DNA from: an uncultured bacterium
GTDB lineage: Bacteria; Krumholzibacteriota; Krumholzibacteriia; LZORAL124-64-63
Assembly: GCA_963727525.1 (NCBI GenBank)
Contig: CAVSGO010000002.1
Location: forward strand, 96,001-160,000
Length of the DNA: 64,000 bases
Direction: 5' to 3'
Shown here in pieces: positions 56,601 to 64,000 of the stretch (positions within the stretch are counted from its first letter, which is position 1; each line of letters starts with the position of its first letter). The translations under genes and the position numbers were made by a program. Below the pieces are notes generated by a model. That model searched no databases, was not told the origin of the DNA, and was given only the letters and a program-made list of their open reading frames with translations.

Positions 56601-58556
56601 ATGGCACTGATGACGCTCACCGACGCCCGCTTCGACTACGGGCGCGAGAAGATCCTCGACGGCGTGGGCCTCTCGCTCCACGCCGGTTGCCGGTATGCCC
56701 TCGTGGGCCCGAACGGCGCGGGCAAGACAACCTTGCTGGCGATCCTGGCCGGGGAGGCGGCGCTGCAGGGCGGACAGCGCCAGACCATGGGTGGCCTGCG
56801 CATGCGCCAGCTCCGCCAGGAGAGCGTTCTGGGCCTGGACGACGAGGATTCCCGGGTGCTGCGCGAAGCCGTGCGCGCCACCGCCTTCGGTCGCGAACTC
56901 GCCCTGCAGGCCGAGCTCGAGGAAGTGGGGCGCGCCCTCGTCACGGCCGCATTCGATGAGCAGGCCGAGCTGGTGCGCCGCCAGGGACACCTGCAATCCG
57001 AGTTCGAGCGCCTCGACGGCTACACCCTCGACGCCCGCCTCGAGTCGGCTCTGCTGGGCGTCGGACTGCCGGCGTCGACGTGGGATCGTCCGCTGGGCCG
57101 ACTCTCCGGCGGGGAGCGGCGGCGGGCTGCCCTGGCCGCCACGCTTCTCGGCGAAGCCGACCTGCTCCTGCTCGATGAGCCGACCAACCATCTCGATCTC
57201 GAGAGCTGCGAGTGGCTGGAGGGTTTTCTCCGGCAGTCCCCGGCGTCCATGGTGATGGTGAGTCACGATCGCTATTTTCTCGACCGCGTCGCCGAACGGA
57301 CGCTGCACCTTGAGAGCGGGCGCCTCGCCGATTACGCCGGCAACTACACAGTGTTCCTGCAGCTCAGTCGCGAGCGACGCCAGCAGGAACTTGCGGCCTG
57401 GCAACGGCAACAGGACCAGATCCGCCAGACCGAGGCGTTCATCCGCAAGAACATCGAGGGCCAGAAGACGAAGCAGGCGCAATCGCGCCGCAAGGCGCTG
57501 GCGCGCCTCGACAGGGTTGACCGGCCGGTTGCCGAGCACGGTCTCTACCGGTTCGACCTCAACGCCGAGCGCACGAGCGGCGGCACCGTACTGCAGGCCG
57601 AGGGGCTCGCAAAGTCCTATGGAGAGAGGACGCTCTTCGCGGATCTCGATCTCCTCGTCGTGCGGGGCGAACGCGTCGGCATCCTCGGGCCCAATGGTTG
57701 CGGCAAGTCCACGCTCCTGCATGTGATGGCAGGACAGATCTCTCCCGACCGCGGCCGCGTGGTGCGCGGCATGAATGTCGATCTCGGGGTGTACGATCAG
57801 AACCTGCAGCTCGTCAGCGACCTCAACACCGTGATCGGCGAGATGCAGGCCGTCGACCCCGGCGCCACGCTCGGTGAGCTGCGCAGCTTCCTGGGCGCGT
57901 TCGGCTTCGGCGAGGATCTCTACGACCGCTCGGTGGCCCAGCTCTCCGGCGGAGAACGTGGACGGCTGGCGCTGCTGCGCCTCATCAAGGAAGGCCACAA
58001 CACGCTGCTCCTGGACGAGCCCACGAATCATCTTGACGTGCGCAGCCGCGAGTCGCTCGAGGCGGCGCTGAAGGACTTCGAGGGCACGATCATCGTCGTC
58101 AGCCACGACCGGCGCTTCCTCGACACGATCGTCGAGCGCCTCATCGTGTTTCCGCCCTCGGGAACGGCCGCCCCGGTACGCCTCTTCCTCGGCACCTACG
58201 GCGACCTCGTGCGCAGCCGGGCCGCGGCGCCGGTGCTGGCCGCACCCGTGGTGCCCGCTTCGCGCCCCGCGTCAGCCGAACCGTCGCCACCAACAACGCA
58301 GTCGCTCAGCAAGAACGCTCTGGCCCGACGGCGCAGCTGGGTCGCCGAGGTCGAGGCCGAGATCGCTGCGCTCGAGGACGAACGCAACGCCGTATTCCTC
58401 GCGATGGCGCGTGGCGACCTCGACGGCGAGCAACGCCGACGACTCGCCGCGCGCAGCGAGGAGATCGACGAGGCGCTCGCCGGCGCGATGGCGCGCTGGG
58501 AGACCTGGCAGGAAGAACTCGTGACGGGACAGGCTTCGCTGGAGGTGTCGGATTGA
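56601..58556 (+). CDS. ABC-F family ATPase (Uup/YheS-like)
   Basis: Two ABC domains (GPNGAGKT, LSGGE, LDEPTNHLD twice), linker, C-terminal coiled coil, no TM. Confidence 0.95.
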   Translation: MALMTLTDARFDYGREKILDGVGLSLHAGCRYALVGPNGAGKTTLLAILAGEAALQGGQRQTMGGLRMRQLRQESVLGLDDEDSRVLREAVRATAFGRELALQAELEEVGRALVTAAFDEQAELVRRQGHLQSEFERLDGYTLDARLESALLGVGLPASTWDRPLGRLSGGERRRAALAATLLGEADLLLLDEPTNHLDLESCEWLEGFLRQSPASMVMVSHDRYFLDRVAERTLHLESGRLADYAGNYTVFLQLSRERRQQELAAWQRQQDQIRQTEAFIRKNIEGQKTKQAQSRRKALARLDRVDRPVAEHGLYRFDLNAERTSGGTVLQAEGLAKSYGERTLFADLDLLVVRGERVGILGPNGCGKSTLLHVMAGQISPDRGRVVRGMNVDLGVYDQNLQLVSDLNTVIGEMQAVDPGATLGELRSFLGAFGFGEDLYDRSVAQLSGGERGRLALLRLIKEGHNTLLLDEPTNHLDVRSRESLEAALKDFEGTIIVVSHDRRFLDTIVERLIVFPPSGTAAPVRLFLGTYGDLVRSRAAAPVLAAPVVPASRPASAEPSPPTTQSLSKNALARRRSWVAEVEAEIAALEDERNAVFLAMARGDLDGEQRRRLAARSEEIDEALAGAMARWETWQEELVTGQASLEVSD

Positions 58557-59875
58557 GCGCTGAACATCGTCGCGGTGAACCTCATGTCACCGCATCGCCC
58601 CTCGAGAAGGTCGTGCTCATGGGCGTGGATCTGCCCGATAGCTTCGACGGGCTCGTGGGCGGGCCGGCCGATACCGAGGAGCTGGCGCGATTGGTCGACA
58701 CGGCGGGCGGGCGCGTGGTCGGGTTGCTGCACCAGAAGCTCCCGCACCCCACGGCGAGCCTCTACATCGGCAAGGGCAAGCTCGAGGAATTGCAGGAGCT
58801 GGTGGAGGAGCAGGAGGCCGATCTCGTCGTCTTCGACAATGACCTCTCCCCCTCGCAGGGCCGCAATCTGCAGAAGGCCCTGGGCGAGGACGTCCGGATC
58901 CTCGATCGCACCGAGCTGATCCTCGACATCTTCGCGCGCCACGCGCGCACCAGGCAGGCGAGCCTGCAGGTCGAGCTGGCCCAGCTCCAGTACCTGCGCC
59001 CGCGTCTGACGCGCATGTGGCGCCATCTCGAGCGGCAGGAAGGCGCCATCGGGACGCGCGGCCCCGGCGAGACGCAGCTCGAGACCGATCGTCGCCTCAT
59101 CGATCGCCGACTCGCGGTGCTGCGGCGTGAACTGAAGGAGATCCAGAACGAGCGGCAGGTGCAGACGGCGACCCGCGCCGGCACATACCGCGTGGCTCTG
59201 GTGGGCTACACCAATGCGGGCAAGTCGACCCTGATGAACGCCATCACCGGTGCCGGTGTCCTCGTGCAGGATCAGCTCTTCGCCACCCTCGATGCCACGA
59301 CGCGACGGGTGGAAGTCGATGAACGCCGCAGCTTCGTGATCACGGACACGGTGGGATTCATCCGCCGGCTGCCGCATCATCTCGTGGAGAGCTTCCGTGC
59401 CACGCTGCAGGAGGTGGCCGAGGCCGACATCCTGCTGCACGTCGTCGACTCCGGCGGCCGTGAACCGGAGCAACAGATGGCGGCCGTGGAGCGAGTGCTT
59501 GCGGATCTGGGCACACGCGACAAGCCCACCCTCCTGGTTTTCAACAAGATGGACACCGTCGCGCAGCCGGAACTTGTGGCCAACGGCCCCGGACGCCATC
59601 ACCCCGAAGCCCTCTACGTGAGCGCCCTGGCCCCCGCCGGTGGCGAGTCGGTGCGCACCGCCATCGTCGATCGGCTGCGGCAGCAGGAAAAGGTGTTCCG
59701 CTTCCGGTTGCCCGCGAACAAGGTCCACCTCTTCGGGTCCTGGCACCGCACCGGTGATGTGCTCGAGCAGGCGTACGCCGACGGCACCTGCACGCTGGCC
59801 GTGCGCATGCGCGAGGAGGAAGGCCGGCGGCTGCTCGCCTATCATCGCGAGGTGCGGGAGGTGACGACCTCGTGA
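58553..59875 (+). CDS. hflX: Ribosome-splitting GTPase HflX
   Basis: LILDIFA..A, GPGETQLE.DRR, GYTNAGKS, LFATLD, DTVGFI, NKMD. Confidence 0.98.
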   Translation: MSAEHRRGEPHVTASPLEKVVLMGVDLPDSFDGLVGGPADTEELARLVDTAGGRVVGLLHQKLPHPTASLYIGKGKLEELQELVEEQEADLVVFDNDLSPSQGRNLQKALGEDVRILDRTELILDIFARHARTRQASLQVELAQLQYLRPRLTRMWRHLERQEGAIGTRGPGETQLETDRRLIDRRLAVLRRELKEIQNERQVQTATRAGTYRVALVGYTNAGKSTLMNAITGAGVLVQDQLFATLDATTRRVEVDERRSFVITDTVGFIRRLPHHLVESFRATLQEVAEADILLHVVDSGGREPEQQMAAVERVLADLGTRDKPTLLVFNKMDTVAQPELVANGPGRHHPEALYVSALAPAGGESVRTAIVDRLRQQEKVFRFRLPANKVHLFGSWHRTGDVLEQAYADGTCTLAVRMREEEGRRLLAYHREVREVTTS

Positions 59876-61221
59876 GCCGCTTCGGCCCCCTGCTGCGGCA
59901 CCGCGACTTCCGCGCCGTCTGGGCCGCGGCGGTGGTCTCCGGTTTCGGGGATCGTGTCGCGACCATCGCGATGTATCTCCTCATCTACAAGATGACGGGG
60001 CGGGCGGTGAACCTCGGCTTGCTCGTGGCGGCCCAGATCGTGCCCGCCATCGTACTGGGTCCCCTGTCCGGACTCGTGCTCGACCGATACAACCGCAAGA
60101 ACCTGATGGTCATGAGCGACCTGCTCGGCGCCCTTGTCGCGGCCACGCTGCCGCTTGCCGCCACGCCCGGACAGGTCTACATCCTCGCGGCCATGCTCTC
60201 CGCCGGCCGGCAGTTCACCGGTCCGGCGCGGCTGGCGCTCATGCCGGATATCCTGCCCGGCGACCAGCTGTCCGGCGCGAACTCCCTGCTCATGATCACC
60301 CGCAACCTCGTGCTCATGGTGGGGCCGGCGTTCGGGGGCGCGCTCGTGGCCTGGCACAGCTCCGACGTCGCATTCTGGGTCGATGCCGGCACGTTTCTCC
60401 TGTCGGCGGCCTTCCTCGTGTCGCGCCGTTTCACCTACCTCGCGTCGGCCACGCCCGCAAACCCGCCGGCAGAGAACGCAGCCGCGGCTCTCGTGGAGAC
60501 GCCGGTGGCAGAGCCGGCGCTCGCCGCGGCGCCCACCGCCGAGCGCGCCAGTGCCGGGTCCACGGGCAAGAGGCCGCTGGCGAGGATCAGGTCGCTGGTG
60601 TCCGAGGCCCACGTTGGCCTGCAGGTGGTCATGGCCAGCCCCGAGCTGCGCTTCGCCTTTGCGTTCTTCGCCTCGCTCACCTTCGTCACGGCCATGCAGC
60701 AGCCGCTCGTCGTCGTCTTCGTGAAGGAGACCCTGCGCAGCGGCGATATCTCGCTGGGTCTCATCGTCTCCGCGGCGGGCATGGGCGGCATCCTCGGGGC
60801 CGTGCTCGGGGGCGCACGCCTCGGCGACGGTCGGCCCCTTCGCACCGTGGTGGTGCTCACCGCGATCGACGGCTGCCTGCTCGTCGTGTTCGCGCTCAAT
60901 CGTTCGGTGTGGCTGGCGGCGGCACTCTTCGCGGTGTTCGGGGCCATCGGCACGCTGGCGCAGATCGCCCTGGCCACCTTCCTGCAGCGCGAGACCCCCG
61001 AAGCCAATCGCGGCCGTACCTTCGGCTGGTTGGGGACCTGCGTCGGGCCGCTGTCTCTCGTGTCGGTGTTTCTGGGGCCGTTCGCCTCCGAGGTCCTGGG
61101 CGTGGTCGCGGTGCTCGTCATCTCGGGCGCGTTCGAGATCGTGGTCGCAGTGGTCGGCGGCCTGCTGCTTCGCCGGCGGCAGCGCGGCCTGGAAATTGCA
61201 GATCCGGCACGCGGCAGCTGA
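59872..61221 (+). CDS. MFS transporter (DHA3/MFS_3-like)
   Basis: About 12 TMs; G.V.DRYNRK.LM..SD motif A, P....RGR. Confidence 0.9.
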   Translation: MSRFGPLLRHRDFRAVWAAAVVSGFGDRVATIAMYLLIYKMTGRAVNLGLLVAAQIVPAIVLGPLSGLVLDRYNRKNLMVMSDLLGALVAATLPLAATPGQVYILAAMLSAGRQFTGPARLALMPDILPGDQLSGANSLLMITRNLVLMVGPAFGGALVAWHSSDVAFWVDAGTFLLSAAFLVSRRFTYLASATPANPPAENAAAALVETPVAEPALAAAPTAERASAGSTGKRPLARIRSLVSEAHVGLQVVMASPELRFAFAFFASLTFVTAMQQPLVVVFVKETLRSGDISLGLIVSAAGMGGILGAVLGGARLGDGRPLRTVVVLTAIDGCLLVVFALNRSVWLAAALFAVFGAIGTLAQIALATFLQRETPEANRGRTFGWLGTCVGPLSLVSVFLGPFASEVLGVVAVLVISGAFEIVVAVVGGLLLRRRQRGLEIADPARGS

Positions 61222-61408
61222 ATCCATCGTCGATCCGTGCAAATGAACACCGCGAGCCGATCGCCGGGTTGCAGCGTGCACGGCCCTTCGCCTACCTGTT
61301 CAAATTTCCTTTAAAAACAAACGAGTTATGGGTGGATCGTTTCCGGCATGGGCCTTGCTGCCGCCGTTTCCGGTCATGGTATCCAGGAACCAGGAACGGA
61401 GGCCCGAC

Positions 61409-61831
61409 ATGCCTCGCCGCCACGCTGCCCAGGGTTTCTCCCTCGTCGAGATGATGATCGTCATCGGCCTGTTCGGCATGCTGGTGGCCATCTCGGTGCC
61501 GTCGTTGCAGGGCTACATGCGGTCCAACCGGCTCGACACGCAGAGCGACCGGCTCACGTCCGACCTCGCCCTCGCGCGGTCGTTCGCCGTGGCGCGCGGC
61601 CGCATCCTCCACTTCGCGGCCACGACGACCGGCTACACGATCACGGACACGGGGACGGCCGAGACCGTCCGCCAGCACAACTTCGACGGCGACGTGGCGC
61701 TGGCCGCCAACGTCGACGCGGACTTCTTCCCGTGGGGGGCCGCGTCGACGGCCACGCTCAGCATCACGAACGGGTGCGACACGCGCATCCTCAATCTCTT
61801 GCCCACGGGCATCGTGGAGGTGGGACCGTGA
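61409..61831 (+). CDS. FimT/GspH-like minor pilin
   Basis: GFSLVEMMIV class III signal; DL.LARS.AV. Confidence 0.88.
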   Translation: MPRRHAAQGFSLVEMMIVIGLFGMLVAISVPSLQGYMRSNRLDTQSDRLTSDLALARSFAVARGRILHFAATTTGYTITDTGTAETVRQHNFDGDVALAANVDADFFPWGAASTATLSITNGCDTRILNLLPTGIVEVGP

Positions 61832-62172
61832 AGCGCAACGGATTCACCCTGGTCGAGGTCATGGTCGTGATGGTGATCCTGTCCATCGGCGTGCTGCCGT
61901 TGACGATCGTCCAGACCCGGTCGCGACAGGAAGTACAGGAGGCCGACCGCTACACGCAGGCCGTCACCGTTGCCCAGCAGCAGCTCGAGTGGTTGAAGGG
62001 GCAAGGCTTCGGCAATGCCGCGGCCGACTCGGGTACGACCGGTGGCGTGGTGTGGCGCACCTCCGTGGCGCAGGTGAGTTTTGGACTCGAACGGCTCGGC
62101 GTGGAGGTGTCTTTCCGTCAGGGAGCGTCGCCCGACACGCTTCGCATGGCCTGTCTCGTCTCGGTGCGCTGA
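61828..62172 (+). CDS. PilV-like minor pilin
   Basis: GFTLVEVMVVMVILSIG; AQQQLE.L. Confidence 0.85.
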   Translation: MKRNGFTLVEVMVVMVILSIGVLPLTIVQTRSRQEVQEADRYTQAVTVAQQQLEWLKGQGFGNAAADSGTTGGVVWRTSVAQVSFGLERLGVEVSFRQGASPDTLRMACLVSVR

Positions 62173-62185
62173 AAGGAGCGTCGGT

Positions 62186-62782
62186 ATGCACATCCATTGG
62201 CGACAGAATGCACACCCGCGCGATCGCTGGGGCATGACACTGGTGGAACTGATGGTGTCCCTGGCCATCTTCGCCGTCATCACCACCGTCTTGATCGCAT
62301 TCCTCACGGGTTCGCGGCGCACCTACAACGACACGAGCGATAGGGCGAGCTACCAGCAGTCGCTGCGCGCGGTGTTCTCGCTGATGACGCGTGAGATCCG
62401 CTCAACCGGCTGCGATCCAAACCAGACCGGCGTGATCGATCGCTTCCTGGTGGCCGACGCGAACCAGATCCGCTGTCAGATGGACCTCGACGGCAATAGC
62501 GACGTGCTCGGCACATCGCCCGACGAGGATATCACCTACACGTACAATGCGGCTGCGGAGACCCTGCAACGCACCACCGCCTCTTCGACGCAGACCATCC
62601 TGCGCGGCGTGCAGTCGGTAACGTTCACGTACTTCGACGTTGACGGCAATCTCCTGGCGTCCGTTCCGCTGAGTCCGGGCGACCGCCAGCTCGTGCATTA
62701 CGTCGGCATCGCCATCGCGGGCGAGACCGGCCAGGGTGAACCCGTCACCTACTCGACCCGGGTCCTCGTGCGCAACGGTTGA
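62186..62782 (+). CDS. PilW-like minor pilin
   Basis: GMTLVELMVSL; QQSLR....M.REIR..G. Confidence 0.85.
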   Translation: MHIHWRQNAHPRDRWGMTLVELMVSLAIFAVITTVLIAFLTGSRRTYNDTSDRASYQQSLRAVFSLMTREIRSTGCDPNQTGVIDRFLVADANQIRCQMDLDGNSDVLGTSPDEDITYTYNAAAETLQRTTASSTQTILRGVQSVTFTYFDVDGNLLASVPLSPGDRQLVHYVGIAIAGETGQGEPVTYSTRVLVRNG

Positions 62783-62806
62783 CTCGACCGGCGGAAAGGA
62801 ACGCCC

Positions 62807-63262
62807 ATGCTCGACCCACGGTGCCAGTATCCCCAGCGAGACGGCTTCGCCCTCGTGACGAGCTTGCTGGTGATCGTCGTACTCTCGCTGCTGGCGGTGG
62901 CCGCGGTGATGCTCTCGAGTACCGAGAAGCGTACGACCTTCGCCGAGTCCGTGCACTCGTCGGCGGTCTTCGCCGCCGACGCCGGCGGCGAGGCGGCCAT
63001 CAACTTCGTGCGGCTCTGTGATCGACCGCCGAACTACATCGACGCCACGGACAAGACCGTGCAGGCGGCCAGCGACCAGCCCATCGAGGGCTCCGCTGAA
63101 TACGACTACGACTGCCGCTATGTCAACCGCTCGCTCCGCGCGGGCTGGGACTTCAACTATCACGACTACAACTATCGGGTGGCCAGCAGCGGGCGCGCGT
63201 CCATCCAGGGCAACAGCGGTGTGCAGCTGATGGCGAGCCGCCTCTTCCGGGAGGGATACTGA
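62807..63262 (+). CDS. PilX-like minor pilin
   Basis: GFALVTSL lacking Glu5; AADAG. Confidence 0.85.
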   Translation: MLDPRCQYPQRDGFALVTSLLVIVVLSLLAVAAVMLSSTEKRTTFAESVHSSAVFAADAGGEAAINFVRLCDRPPNYIDATDKTVQAASDQPIEGSAEYDYDCRYVNRSLRAGWDFNYHDYNYRVASSGRASIQGNSGVQLMASRLFREGY

Positions 63263-64000
63263 TGAACACGAAGACGACACGAGGCCTGCTGGCGGCCGCG
63301 GCTCTCGCGGCGCTCGCGATGGCGGCACCTGCCGGCGCTGCCGAGCTGGGCTGCGAGATCCCCCTCTTCGTCCAGGAAGGGTCGGTGGACGCGAACGTGA
63401 TGATCCTCTTCGACAACTCCGGATCGATGAACGAGGCGATGTTCCATCCTGACTTCGACCCGTTCACCAGCTACTCCGGGCCGTTCGACGAGAACCGTAC
63501 GTTCTACATCTCCAGTTCGGGCAACTACAAGCCCCGTACGGTCCCCGGCCGGCCCGGCGCGGCCAACCAGAATTCGCCGACCGCGTACCTGGTCAGTTCC
63601 TACTGGCAAGAGGGACGCTACCGCGGCAACTACCTGAACTGGATCTTCTACCACGCGACCGACGAACAGCGCGCCACCATACCGACATACTGCCGGATCG
63701 ACATCGCGCACGCGGTGGTGGCCGACCTCATCAATCGCTCGTCGCGCATCCGTTTCGGCCTCACGAAGTTCAATTACGACAACTTCGGCCACGTCGTCGC
63801 CCCCTGCGGCACGAGCAAGTCCGACCTCATCTACACCGTCAACCATATCCAGGGCGATAGCTGGACGCCGCTCGGCGAAACGATGGAGACAATCCTCAAC
63901 TATTTCGAGCGATCGAACAGCAACGCGCCGATCATCGCGAAGTGCCAGAAGAACTTCTGTATCGTGATCACCGACGGCTTCCCGACCATGGATCGCAACG
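63262..64000 (+). CDS. PilY1/PilC-like adhesin with vWA domain (runs off window)
   Basis: ATG overlapping upstream stop; signal peptide; NVMILFDNSGSM MIDAS, TPLGE, CQKNF.IVITDG.PT; absent from ORF track because it has no stop in the window. Confidence 0.88.
   Translation, partial: MNTKTTRGLLAAAALAALAMAAPAGAAELGCEIPLFVQEGSVDANVMILFDNSGSMNEAMFHPDFDPFTSYSGPFDENRTFYISSSGNYKPRTVPGRPGAANQNSPTAYLVSSYWQEGRYRGNYLNWIFYHATDEQRATIPTYCRIDIAHAVVADLINRSSRIRFGLTKFNYDNFGHVVAPCGTSKSDLIYTVNHIQGDSWTPLGETMETILNYFERSNSNAPIIAKCQKNFCIVITDGFPTMDRN

Overview
High-GC bacterial chromosome segment spanning the replication origin. The many secreted proteins with FlgD-like/T9SS-type C-terminal domains suggest an FCB-superphylum candidate lineage such as Krumholzibacteriota/Latescibacterota (inference). 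Core (22.5-52.3 kb): complete F1Fo atp operon, bactofilin-M23 peptidase pair, parAB with two perfect parS sites, rsmG-mnmG-mnmE-jag-yidC-yidD-rnpA-rpmH on the minus strand, oriC elements on both sides of dnaA, then dnaN-recF-dciA-gyrB-gyrA. Left accessory part (0-22.4 kb): at least four tandem secreted FlgD-tail proteins (three complete ones with cohesin-like modules, two also with dockerin-like modules), a DsrC-type sulfur carrier coupled to a frameshifted CoA-disulfide reductase-rhodanese gene, a Crp/Fnr regulator with an FNR-like box and Fe-S protein, two hybrid kinases, and a surface-glycan ligase/heptosyltransferase/sulfotransferase locus. The ligase-transferase pair is bracketed by a duplicated three-part non-coding element. 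Right part: AraC regulator, ABC-F-hflX-MFS operon and the start of a type IV minor pilin/PilY1 cluster. No rRNA, tRNA, CRISPR array or transposase was recognised. All calls are by eye from motifs and synteny; no searches were run.
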